DNA from: Octopus sinensis
Lineage: Eukaryota
Direction: 5' to 3'
NCBI RefSeq assembly: GCF_006345805.1
Contig: NC_043005.1
Location: forward strand, 2,108,001 to 2,172,000
Length of the DNA stretch: 64,000 nt
A program made the translations under genes and the position numbers. The notes under the pieces were generated by a model, which was not told the DNA's origin, searched no databases, and saw only the letters and a program-made list of their open reading frames with translations. Shown here piece by piece: positions 1 through 13,262 of this stretch. Position 1 is the stretch's first letter; each line of letters opens with the position of its first letter.

Positions 1-125
1 TAAATTACGTGGACGTAAGCACACCGACAGGTTGCCAAGCGGTGTTGGGAGGAACAAGCACAGACGCAAAGATACACACACATATACATACATATAGAGA
101 GACAGACAAACAGACATATATATAG

Positions 126-157
<32 letters not shown>

Positions 158-173
158 AGTAAATGTATATGTG

Positions 174-720
<547 letters not shown>

Positions 721-820
721 GAGTAATACGTATGTTATATACATACTATAATATATTATATATATATATATATGTTATATACATACATACATATATATAT
801 ATATATAATATATATATATA

Positions 821-855
<35 letters not shown>

Positions 856-1021
856 TTCATACATATATACGATGGGCTTCTTTCAGTCTCTGACTGCGAA
901 ATCCACCACAACCATGTATGGTTGTGTGTTGGTGTGTGTAGGTGCAGCCGTGGTTGTGTGGTAGCAAGCTATCTACCACGCAACCACGCCTGCACCTACA
1001 CACACACACGCACACAGGCAG

Positions 1022-1064
<43 letters not shown>

Positions 1065-1560
1065 GACACACACTTCAGAATACACGGGTTTGTAAACGTC
1101 TTTCTATATATCAAACGAATGCATACGCATGCGTTGCACACACTCACACACACATACATTGAAAGTAATGAAATGTACCGAGTATATAAATAATACATAT
1201 CTATTTATATATAAGCGTGAAATACATATATGTGCATATATGTATATGTGTGTGTTATATATGTGTGTATGTATGCATATATGTTGGTATGTATGTATGT
1301 GTGTGTATATATATACTCTTAAAAAAAGTATATATATATATATATATATATATATGTCGCTAGATGAATATATAAAGAAACTTTTATCATTTTAAGTAGC
1401 TCTTCCTGTCTATGTATGTATCTATATACATGCGTGTGTGTGTATGTGTGTGCGCGTCCGGCGAGTCTGTCTCTGTGTATATGAATACGCATATATATAT
1501 ATACATAAGTTATATACATATATATATATATATTTCTATGCATACATATATATGTATATG

Positions 1561-1618
<58 letters not shown>

Positions 1619-1629
1619 TATATACATAT

Positions 1630-1682
<53 letters not shown>

Positions 1683-2084
1683 CATATATATATATATATT
1701 ATATATATTATATATTACATACATATATATATATATATATATATCTATACATATAATATATATATATATAATATTAAATTTAAAGTTCGCGCGGCTGTGT
1801 GCGTGTCTGTGTGCTCGACCTTGTGTGTGTGCGTGTGTGTGTATGTATGCGTGTGTGTGTATATGAGTGACACGCATTGTGTAACTCCCTCTATTTTGAA
1901 GCGGTTTTCGTGAGCAAAGCAAAGACGGAAGTGCAGGTGTCCGTTTAAGCTCTCCCCGATACTCCTCGCTCCTATTTCGCTGAACGCTGTGGACGCGTTA
2001 AACAGCTCATAGAGTCTGGGGTGTGGGTGTGTGTGCGTGTGCCAGCGTCTCTGAGTTTGTATATATATTCTTTTATTCTTTCAT

Positions 2085-2186
2085 TTGTTTCAGTTATTTG
2101 ACATTGGCCATGCTGGAGCACCGCCTTTAGTAAAAGAAGTCTACCCCAGGACTTATTCTTTATAAGTCAGTACTTATCCTATCAGT

Positions 2187-2224
<38 letters not shown>

Positions 2225-2444
2225 ATATATTATTATATATATATGTATATAATATATATTTATATGAGTGGCTATAGGCGTAGGAGTGGGTATGTGGTAG
2301 TAACTTGCTTACCAACCACATGGTTCCGACTGCAGTCCCACTGCGTGGCACCTTTGGCAAATCTCTTCTAGTATAGACTCAGGTCGATCAATGCCTTGTG
2401 AGTGGATTTGGTAGACGGAAACTGAAAGAAACCTGTCGTATATC

Positions 2445-2513
<69 letters not shown>

Positions 2514-2700
2514 TATTTGTGTGTCTGAGTTTGTCCCCCCACCATAGCTTGACAACCGATACTGGAAACTAGAGGTTCGGCAAAAGTGTCCGATAGAATA
2601 AGTACTATGCTTACAAAGATTAAGTCCTGGTGTCGATTTGTTCGACTAAATGTGGTACTCCGGCATGGCCGGAGTCAAATGATTGAAACAAGTAAAAGAG
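2085..2700. mobile_element. SINE family A: minus-strand 3' fragment (2085-2185) plus near-full plus-strand copy (2274-2700)
   Basis: Head aggcgtaggagtgggtatgtggtag...ggttccgactgcagtccc, internal (TA)/(TG) tract and 3' gattgaaacaagtaaaagag match the other copies. Confidence 0.85.
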
Positions 2701-3984
2701 TATGTATGTATGTATGTATGTATGTATGTATGTATGTATGTATGTATGTATGTATGTATGTATGTATGTATATATATAGATTCATACCCATACTTGCAGA
2801 AAGAAGCACATATACACCAGCAGAAACACAAACACACCGACACACACATATGTCTGTATGTGTATTTGTGCCTGTGAGTGTGTTTATTTGTTGTTGATTA
2901 ATTACGAGAGATAGATAGATAGAAGGAGGGGGAGAGAGAGAGAGAGAGAGCAGACGCAAGAGAGCGAGATGTCCATGTGTGTGTGTGTGTGTGTGTGTTT
3001 TGCCAGTGTAGATGAGTAAATCCGTTGCAAGGTGTGTCTGTGTTATCTCCATCCATCACCAGACTCTTCACCTGCATCTGCTCTCTCGCACGCGCCCCTG
3101 TGTTTGCGTGTTTGCGTGTTTGTGTGTGCGTGTCTATCACTAAAAGTACACGTCAGTGTATCTTAATGCCACCCGTAATTGTTTACATGCGTTTGTATCA
3201 GTGTATAGAAGTAGGTTTGTACATGTAGTTACCTGTAATTCGCTTTTTAGAAGCATGTTAACATCAATGTTGTTGTTGTGGCGGTGGTGGTAGCGTTGTT
3301 GTGTTGTGTGGTGGTGGTGGTGTACATGCCTTATGTTGTTGAAGAAAGAATCGACCGACCCTCTTCCAGGTTGGAATTGGGGAGAAGTTACGAAGAGGCT
3401 GACCCATTTGAACCCTGAAAACCATTACAGGAAACTGGACAATCGAACAGCAGTGGTGTTCATATTGTCCCCTAAACATCTTACCAAACCACCAATTTTC
3501 GATTTCATTAACATGCGTCTCAAGCGTAACTGCTCCTTCACTTCTGACGGAAAGGGCACTTCTTATTGGTCAGGCAATACAACTGGCAGCATCAACCTCT
3601 GTGTGTGGAGGGGTCTGCATGCCCATGCCTGATAAATACATTGACATTCGCTGAGACGAGATCTTTAGCGATAGGTGAAGGGTGAACTGATGTGGTCGCC
3701 GTTGGTGAAGCGGGATCCTTAGAGGCCATCTCGGACAAAGCAACTGCTCGACATCATGGTCACAGCTCTCTGCAGGGCAGGTAATGTGGTGGGAGAAACT
3801 CTCACGCTTAGAATGCTTGCAGAGCAGTAAAACCCGAAACCATTTTGCACGCTTCTCGTTCACTGTCCAAGTAATGCTAAGCTGAGGGGTCATGTCAGAG
3901 AGTCGAGGTCGCGTGTAAGACGCATCAGCGGTGTCCATCAGGATCATCGTCCCGTCGCCTTCCCTTGTCCAGGAAGTTCAGGCA

Positions 3985-4183
3985 ACAAGATTCCTTTCCA
4001 ACCATATAGCTCCGAGTTCAGTCTCACTGCGCAGCAACTTTGACAAGTGTCTTCTACTACAGCCTCGGGTCGATCAGAACCCTGTGCATTTGGTGGACGG
4101 AAACTGAAAGAAGCCCGCCGCGCGCGCGTATATATATATGTATATATACATACATATATATGTACACGCACACACACACACAC

Positions 4184-4236
<53 letters not shown>

Positions 4237-4750
4237 TATATGCTTTTATCGTTTACTTGGTTCAGTCAGTTGACCGTGGCCATGCTGGAGCACTGCTTTG
4301 CACAATCTTTTAGTCGAATAAATCGACCCCAGACTTATTTTTTATAGCCTAATCGGTCACATTTGTCGAGTCGCTAAGTTTCGGAGACATCAACACACAA
4401 ATGACGATTGTCATGTGGTGGTGAGGGGACAACACACACACACACATACACACACACATGCACACATACATACTTCTATATATACATAGACGACGGGCTT
4501 CTTTCAGTTTCCGTCTACCAAATCCACTCAGAAGGCTTTGGTCGGCCCTAGGCTATGTTTGTTCCCCACCACTGCTTGTCAACCGGTGTTGGCGTGTTTA
4601 CGTCCTAGTTGTTTGACAAAAGAGACCAGTAGAATAAGTATCACGTTTACAATGAAAATAGATACTGATATTGTTCCCATCGACTAAAAGCCCTTGATGG
4701 TGATGCCCCAGTATGGCCACAGTCAAATGACTGAAAAAGTAAAAGTACAG
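3985..4750. mobile_element. Cluster of SINE family A fragments in both orientations
   Basis: gtcttctactacagcctcggg, ggaaactgaaagaagccc, ggccatgctggagcac and gggcttctttcagtttccgtctacc are shared with the full copies. Confidence 0.75.
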
Positions 4751-5671
4751 GTAAAAAGATTCTAGTAATAAAAGTGTTGGGCGGGGGGGGGGGGGTTAGT
4801 CAGGAAAAACCTTGGCTACAGACACTCTTGTCTTCTGGCGAAACTCTAATGGTCTTTGTTTTTTAAAGTTCCACATCGAGGGGGAAATGAAAGTGGAGAA
4901 AGAGAAAGCGAGAGAGAGGGAGAGAGAGAGATGGGAGAGATGGGAGAGAGAGGGAATGAGACAGACAGACAGGCAGAGGGTTTCGTATTGCCCCATGAAA
5001 AAAAAAGTGGTGAAACTGTTGAGATAGGACAAGTCTATTTCTCCCTTCTGCCTATGTACGTAGATGTTGGGCAATGGGTTGATGGTGGAGGTCATTTTGG
5101 ATCTCCATGATTCCCTGATTCGATCCCCCCCCCCCCCGAGGGGTTACTTCATACTTACACACTCTGTATGCATCACATTTTCTCTATTCTGTCGATTTCG
5201 TTCCTGCATTTTACATTGTGTCTCTTTAATACCCCCCCCCGGTCGTTCCTGTGGGGATAAATTCTTTGTAGCATTCGTTCTGGCCCGTCGCGTTCTGAGT
5301 TCAAATCTCGCCAAGATTGATTTTGCCTTGAATCTTTTTAGTGACGATAAATTGAAGTGCGCGCAAAGTACCTCGGCTAATGTAATCGACTTCGCCCCCC
5401 CCCCACTCTAAGATTGCTGACTTTGGGATAAAATGTGGAAGCATTATTACAAAGACACGATTAGTAGACTTACCCCCCACTTTTTTTATCATTTCATTAT
5501 TATATGTAACTCCCACCCCCCAAACTTTAAGTCTCTCTCTCTATTGTCCTCCTCATCCTTCACCCTTCTGCGAAATAAATGAAATCATCATTATTAGTGG
5601 TGCTATTGTTGTTCTTGTTGTTGTTCTCCTCCACCCCCTTCTTCTTCTTCTTCTTCTTGTACTTCTTATTG

Positions 5672-5711
<40 letters not shown>

Positions 5712-5729
5712 CTACTACTGCTGCTGCTG

Positions 5730-5767
<38 letters not shown>

Positions 5768-5844
5768 GCTACTATTATTATTATTATTATTATTATTATC
5801 ATTATTATTATTATTACTATTATCATCATCATTATTGTTATTGA

Positions 5845-6375
5845 GTGAGAGAGCAGTGCATGCCATCAAAGTGACACTGGGGTAAAATATACGAAGCCCA
5901 GCATACTCATCATGACTACCCATCTGATAAAGGTACACCAGGCACATACATCACAACCATATGTGCGCGACATGGTGATCTCATATCAAGATAAACAGCG
6001 CATGACCTTGCAGGTGGGGCCCAGTTAGAATAGTCTTCTGGTCGAGTTACTCATCCCGCCCAAAAGGTCTCTGAGTAAGGATTGTTTAAGGATGTTGAAC
6101 GAACCACCCATATTTCCAAAGGTGAATTATCCAAACCTCCAAGAATTCCTTTCAACACACGGCTATGATGCTCCCCCACTACTTCTGCTCGTGATCAGAG
6201 ATGCACATATCGTCAGCCACTAAGGGACATGGTCAACTGGTTACGTTCAAACAACTGACAAGAAATCTGTGGTATTGAGCAGAATATTTGCTGTAGCCCA
6301 TCTTTTATACCAAGACTTCCAATCAGTTAAGATCAGAAGCCATGAGAGCCACTGCCTGGTACTGCATCAGGGTAG
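5845..6375 (-). mobile_element. Non-coding interspersed repeat (family D) with tail in an (AAT)n tract; probably non-autonomous retroposon
   Basis: Homologous in opposite orientation to 49505-49810 (e.g. cccagttagaat...tcgagttactcatcccgccc versus gggcgggttaggctactcgacc...attctaactgg). Confidence 0.65.
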
Positions 6376-6638
6376 TATTATTATTATTGTTTTCATATAT
6401 ACTCAACAGATTAGACTGTTGGAAAAGAAACAAACTAACAAGTAACTTTAGTTGCCAAGAACTTTCCTAAGTATCTTAGCTATCCCTAATTATTATTATC
6501 ATTATCATAATTATTCTTGTTGTTGTTGTTATTCTGACAGACTCTCGGATAGTTCTTAATTACCGATTACTCTACTTGAAAGCAGGCGATAAATCACCAG
6601 AGGTTTCAAGAAGTGCCTGTATTATTTTTATTTTTGTT

Positions 6639-6725
<87 letters not shown>

Positions 6726-6766
6726 TATTATTACTTTTTTTTCTTCTTTCAAATTTGCTTCCATTT

Positions 6767-7465
6767 CTTGACGAGTGTCTTCCCGACTCCTAGGGCAAAG
6801 AAACTCATAGTATACATTGGTAGGCCATTAAACCAAACTCAATAGTTCGTTCATTTAAAAAAATTGTTTTTTTTTTAAGTTAAATTAAAATACATGAGCA
6901 GCAACAGTTCTCACATCGACAATGCTCTTCTCAATACGTGTGATGTACCAGTTAAGACTTCTTGCAGGGATGGTAAGCCAGGGATCATTCTCATATAATT
7001 TTCGGTTCCCTTCTTGATCATTCCTAGTGCTCCTACGATCACTGGTATTGTAACCGCCTTGAGATGCCACATTTTCTCAATTTCAATGAGTAGGTTTTTA
7101 TATTTTCTGAGCTTGTCAAACTCTTTCGCTGAGATATTATGATCACAGGGGATGCTCATGTCGATCAATAAGCAAACTTTATTGTTTTGGTCTTTCACAA
7201 CAATATCTGGTTTATTGGCCTTGATGGTTCGGTCTGTATGTACTGGAAAGTCCCACAGAATGGTTACATTTTCTTCTTCAGTTACAGCCTCAGGGTGGTG
7301 ATTATACCACTTGGCAGTTTTGATATTGTAATGCCGACTTTTTAGCCAGTGGAGATATTGGCCAACTCTGTCATGTCTTAATTTATACTCCACTGGTGCT
7401 AAGACTTTACATCCAGAGTTTAGGTGGTCCACTGTTTCAATCATGTCGTTGCAGAATCGGCATTT
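6767..7465 (-). mobile_element. 5'-truncated R4/Dong-like non-LTR retrotransposon: CCHC knuckle plus REL endonuclease and 3' UTR
   Basis: ORF 6911-7444 reads (KCRFCND)..VDHLNSGC..RHDRVG..ILWDFPVHTDRTIKANKPDIVV..LIDMSIP..KLRKYKNL..VLRRAL; (AAT)n tail follows. Confidence 0.9.
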
Positions 7466-8538
7466 TTAGGTTCCAACTCTGTCATGTCTGTGAATATATT
7501 CCTTCTTAGCCAGGACTGGGCAGCTAGAGATAATATGATTTATTGTTTCTTGTCCATCTCCACATATTCTGCAGTTACTTGTTATATTTCTTTTCATTAC
7601 ATGTTTTTGGTAATTTCTGGTGGGGAGGCTTTGGTCTTGTGCTGCAATTAAAAATCCCTCTGTTTCTGCTTTGAGTCCTGAGCTTCTCAACCATTGCTGG
7701 GATTTTTCTTTGTCTATTTCTTTTGCGTTTAGTTTAATGCAGTATTTACCATGAAGGGGCTTTTCTTGCCATCGTTTTATCATGGTTCGTTGGTGTTCTA
7801 TTTTTAGTTTGGATTTCATTTGTTTTATAGCTTTTGTTGTTTCTTCATCTTCTTCTTCTTCTTCATGTTTTTTAGGTGGTATGATTTCTTGTTTGTATTT
7901 GTCAGCTTCCTTAAATACTGAGAACAGTTTTTTGTTTTGCTCGTGTTTTGCCGCTATCTGGATCAGTTTTCCTTCCTTCTGAAGAAGATATTTTTGCAGT
8001 CCTATGGTGGTTATTTTATAGTAGTTTTCCAGCTGTATAAGGCCTCTACCACCTTCTATACGTTGTATATATAGTCTTTCTATGTCAGATTTTGGGTGAT
8101 GCATCCTAGATCCTGTCATTATTTTTTTGTTTTTCCTATCTATTTTGGTCAGTTCATTCGTGTCCAGTTAAGGATATGTAGCTGTAACTTATAACTGGGA
8201 CAGCTAAAGTGTTGATACCTATTATCTTGTTTTTAGCATTGAGCTCTGTGTTTAGTATTGATCTAACTCGTCTATAATATTCTTTTTTTATTTTCTCTTT
8301 CATTTGTGTGTGTTGTGTCTTATCTAGTTCATGGATTCTAAGTATTTGCAAGTTTGGTTTTGGTCTAATTCTTTTATTTCATTGGTTTTATCTAGTGTGA
8401 TGTTGTTACTCTTAACTGGTTTTCCTCTTTTCATGGTTACTTTGGCGCATTTTTCTAATCCAAATTTCATATCTATTTCTTTGGTAAATCCATGAACTGT
8501 CTTTAATAGTGTTTCCAGCTGTTTGTCATTTGCAGTTA
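7466..8538 (-). mobile_element. R4/Dong-like LINE fragment: late RT motifs, thumb and CCHC knuckle
   Basis: Translates DMKFGLEKCAK (read manually), RLYIQRIEGGRGL, WQEKPLHGKY, ETEGFLIAAQDQSLPTRNY and CRICGDGQETINHIISSC. Confidence 0.9.
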
Positions 8539-8550
8539 TTATTATTATTA

Positions 8551-8620
<70 letters not shown>

Positions 8621-8623
<3 letters not shown>

Positions 8624-9535
8624 TAGTTTTATTTTTATAGCGTGCTTTCACTTCACTACCGATCGCAGCTCTGTGTGCCTTGGGTATGTGCTGTGATTTG
8701 TTCTGATGCTCTGATGGTTATTGTATGGAAAGTGTTCTGCGTAGGATGTGTGCAGTGCCTAGTAGTGCAATTTTCTGTATGTTATATGTGTTTGTAAGTC
8801 CTGGTGTTTTTGTTATGTATTTGTCTGAATATTTTTTTATCATGCCTACTGCACCTACTATGATAGGAATTGTTTCTGTTTTTAGATTCCACATTCTGGT
8901 TACCTCTATTTCCAGGTCTTTGTATTTTGAGAGTTTCTCCATTTCTTTTAGAGACACATTGTCATCTGCCGGTATTGATACATCAATTAGAAAGCATTTT
9001 TTTCTTCATGATCTCTGACAACTATATCTGGTCTGTTGGCCTTAATTTCTCTATCTGTGTGTATCGGCATATCCCAGAGTATGGTTGCTTTCTCGTTTTC
9101 TGTGACCTTTTCTGGTGTGTGCCTATACCATCTTTTTTCTGTTGTTATTCCATAATGTTGGCATAGCTTCGAATGTATGTAGGTTCCAACTCTGTCATGT
9201 CTGTGAATATATTCCTTCTTAGCCAGGACTGGGCAGCTAGAGATAATATGATTTATTGTTTCTTGTCCATCTCCACATATTCTGCAGTTACTTGTAATAT
9301 TTCTTTTCATTACATGTTTTTGGTAATTTCTGGTGGGGAGGCTTTGGTTTTGTGCTGCAATTAAAAATCCCTCTGTCTCTGCTTTGAGTCCTGAGCTTCT
9401 CAACCATTGCTGGGATTTTTCTTTGTCTATTTCTTTTGCGTTTAGTTTAGTCCAGTATTTACCATGAAGGGGCTTTTCTTGCCATCGTTTTATCATTGTT
9501 CGTTGCTGTTCTATTTTTAGTTTGGGTTTTATTAT
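8621..9535 (-). mobile_element. 5'-truncated R4/Dong-like LINE with knuckle, REL endonuclease, 3' UTR and (AAT)n tail
   Basis: ORFs 8987-9496 (KANRPDIVV) and 8718-8957 (KLSKYKDL..IIVGAVG..LLGTAHILRRTL); bounded by (TTA)n on both sides. Confidence 0.92.
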
Positions 9536-9542
9536 TATTGGG

Positions 9543-9610
<68 letters not shown>

Positions 9611-9613
<3 letters not shown>

Positions 9614-10415
9614 GTCTCTTATCATTATAACTTTATTTTAGCTGCCTTAGTACCGGACATCCTCCGAAGGCCAAAAGTAGCAAGGACACTTTTGTTTTGC
9701 TATGCATGCTAAAATTATCACCGCATTTATTCCATTTTAGATGGAGAGTGCTTTCCGTAGTCTATGGACTTTACCCATCAAGGTTATCTTTTGTAGTTCA
9801 CGGAGATTTGAAGTTACCAGGCAGTTGCTTAATATACTTCTCAGCTCCCTTCTTTAGCATTCGCAACGCACCAATTACTACTGGTATTATTGTAGTCCTA
9901 AGCTTCCACATTTTTGTGATTTCAAGTTGCAGATCTTTATAGTGACAAAGCTTTTCATATTCGTTTTCTTGAGACATTTTGATCTTGTTGGAGAGACATA
10001 TCTATTTAAAGACAAGTTCCTCTGTTGTAGTCCTTGATCACAATGTCTGGTCGATTGAAGTCACTTTTTCCGTCTGTTTGTATTGGGAAGTTCCAAAGGA
10101 TGGTGATGCCCTCACCATTTACTACATCCTCTGGATGGTGCCTGTACCACTTATTATGAGATTTAATTTTGTAGTATTTACAATCATTCCAGTGGATGTA
10201 CTCCCCTAGTCTGTCATGTCTTATGAGGTACTCCTTTTCAGCGAGGACTTGGCAGCCAGAAACAACAGGATCAAATGTCTTTGTGAATTTTATGCAAATT
10301 CTGCAGTTGTCTTCGATATTATTCATGCAAGCCTTCTTTGCTTTTTGTTTGATTTTTTTTGCATCAGTGATAGGTTTGTTACTATTTCGATCTCTTTAGT
10401 CTTTCTAAATCAGGA
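9611..10415 (-). mobile_element. Decayed R4/Dong-like LINE 3' fragment
   Basis: ORF 10006-10326 reads CRIC..VSGC..RHDRLG..WYRHHPE..ILWNFPIQTD..NRPDIVI; flanked by (TTA)n. Confidence 0.85.
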
Positions 10416-10419
10416 GAAG

Positions 10420-10479
<60 letters not shown>

Positions 10480-10510
10480 CATTATTATTATTATTATTAT
10501 TATTATTGTT

Positions 10511-10549
<39 letters not shown>

Positions 10550-10656
10550 ATTATTTCTCTTTATTACAAGTTCTGTTGGAGCCCCTGGAGTCTTGCATGT
10601 GTAGCGGGCTTGCCATCTCCCATCGTTATTATCATTATTAATGTTTTTTTTTATTA

Positions 10657-10870
10657 AGGCGGTGGTAAGCCGGCAGAATCCTTAGCAAACCGGGCTAAAA
10701 GCTTAATTGTATTTCGCCCGTCGTTACGTTCCGAATTCAAATTCCACCGAGGTCGGCTTTGCCTTTCATCCTTTCGGGGTTGATAAATTAAGTAACAGTT
10801 GAATACTAGGGTCGATGTGATCGACACATACCCTCCTCCAAAATAGCCGCCCTTGTAACAAAATTTGAAA
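10657..10870 (+). mobile_element. SINE (family E) with tRNA-like head and conserved central block
   Basis: ggcggtggtaagccggcagaatc...gttccgaattcaaattccaccgaggtcggctttgcctttcatcctttcggggttgataaattaagta; degenerate relative at about 5275-5440. Confidence 0.7.
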
Positions 10871-10879
10871 TATTTATCA

Positions 10880-11400
10880 TCATTATTCTTGTTATTTACT
10901 TTTAATCTGCATGTTTGTTACAATCACTTGCCGGAACACTCTCAGCGTCCTGAGGCGAGTGAAGGATAAGAGATGTTAAAGTATGATTGAAATTTTGCGG
11001 AGGGCAAGTGGCAAGGGAAGTAGCGAAATATCTTCATGTAATACAACACAGACATTTAAATGGATAGGGTTTTTCTAAGGATGCGGGCAATACTTGTCAG
11101 CACAACCTTTTGGACTTCTCTGAGACATGGTTCTCCTGGGATATTATCTAGATGTTTCTGACATGCCTTTTTTTTATCATACATAGGGCACAGTTATGGC
11201 TTTAAGACGCCACATCTTTTGTATTTCAATTTCCAGGTCCTTATATTTACTTAATTTGTCACAGAGCTGATCCTTCGTTCCCCAGCTCCTCTTTCGGCAC
11301 CCTTTCTGTTCAATTGGTAGACGCCCACTTTTTTCTAAGTATCTATACAGTGTCAGACAAAATATGTTGATGGACAATAAAATATTTCTTTAAGCTACTT
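10880..11400 (-). mobile_element. Internally deleted R4/Dong-like LINE fragment
   Basis: ORF 11177-11377 joins RT-region EQKGCRKRSWGTKDQL directly to REL C-terminal DKLSKYKDLEIEIQKMW. Confidence 0.75.
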
Positions 11401-12008
11401 AATCACTGACTTTGGGGGATTAGAATTGTTAGGGATTCAGAATCAGAAGATCAATGGTTCGTGTTGCTTCACTGTTGCAATAGACTCAAACCAAACAGGG
11501 ATACTTTGGAATAATTTAATACTTACGCTTCAGATATGCATACATGCATACGTACACACATACATACACACACAGACTCACACACACGCTCGCTCATATA
11601 CACATATACATATATATATGTGCATGCATTCGTATATACATACATGCATTCATATATAAGTACATACATACCGGTATACATGGATGTGTTCTAACTTGCA
11701 GACATATATTCCAATATGTATACATACATATATATATATGTATGTATGTGTGTGTGTGTGTGTGAGTATACATGTATATATATGTATACACATATATGTA
11801 TATACATATATTCCTTATATGTTCTATATAGATACATATACATAAACGCGTGTATGGCATTGTGAATGTAGGGTTTCCTGTATTATTAACGAGAAAACAA
11901 ACAGGAATGCTTTAGAGGTATGATAAAGCAAATACATATACGCACATATACATATATACGCATACACATACTATAAATATGCGTTACTGTGTCGATGTAT
12001 GTGTGGTT

Positions 12009-12095
<87 letters not shown>

Positions 12096-12249
12096 CCTAT
12101 CTATCTACATATATACATAGATATAAATATATATATATCGATAAAATATTTACGCTTCTTTAAGACTTTAGTTCTTTTTTAGACATTGATGTGAAGACCA
12201 AACTGGAGCATCACCATTAATTACAAAGTGTAAGGTTGTGCATAGAGCT

Positions 12250-12460
12250 TTTATCTTTTCTTTTATCTTTTACTTGTCTCAGTCATTTGACTGCAGCCAT
12301 GCTGGAGCACCACCTTGAAGGGTTTTCAGTAGAACAGATCGACTCCAGAACACATTTTTGTTTATAAGCCTAGTTCTTATCGCATTGTCTCTTATACCGA
12401 ACTGCTAAGTTACGGGAACGTATACAGATTGGCATCGGTTGTCAGCGGTGGCAGCAAACA
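12250..12460 (-). mobile_element. SINE family A 3' half
   Basis: tcttttacttgtctcagtcatttgactgcagccatgctggagcac is the reverse complement of the family A 3' end. Confidence 0.8.
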
Positions 12461-12693
12461 TACAGACACAAAGACACACACACACGCGCGCACACACACA
12501 CACATACACACACACACGCACACGCACACGCATATACACCTCTTATGTTAGTACTCCAGCCGAGCCTTATGGTCTCGCGGAGACTTGTGAAAGATCAAAA
12601 ATAAAACTCATACATACATACATACATACATACATACATGCATGCATACATACATACTTACATATGTGTATGCGTGTATGTCCTTATAAATAA

Positions 12694-12744
<51 letters not shown>

Positions 12745-12759
12745 TATATATATATACAT

Positions 12760-13032
12760 AAGGGGTAAAGACCCTCTTCGGTCATGAATGACCATGGGAT
12801 TGCACCTAGAAAGTTACCCTCCTAGACACAAGTCCGGGCATGGTTGTTTATGGAAGACCAGCAGTCACCCATGCATACCGGCCTCCCCTCTCCACGCCAC
12901 CAGTGTTATCCAAGGGAAAGACAAAGCTCAATACAGCTTGGCACCTGTGACGTCGCAACTCATTTCTACAGCTGAGTGAACTGGAGCAACGTGAAAATAA
13001 AGTGCTTTGCTCAAGAACACAACACGCAGCCC
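12760..13032 (-). mobile_element. SINE family C, truncated
   Basis: Near-identical to 63706-63960 (gaccatgggattgcacctagaaagttaccctcc...gctcaagaacacaacacgcagccc). Confidence 0.8.
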
Positions 13033-13262
13033 GTATGCATATGATATGTGATGAGAATTTATGGAAAGGTATTCCTAGAAACTCACCAAACTGTTAAAGA
13101 TGGAGATGAGAAGCTGTTGAAATTCTCATCACATAAACCGACGAAATATGAAGAATCTTTGTTAGAAACCGCCCTTTGGAACCCTCTAAGGGAACGGATG
13201 AAATTGAACTCGATTTTTCACACACACACACATACACACACACATACATACAGATATATATA

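Noticed and set aside
12560-12600. gtctc-gcg-gagac hairpin followed by gaaagatc
   Set aside because: Core and spacing do not fit a hammerhead; likely chance.
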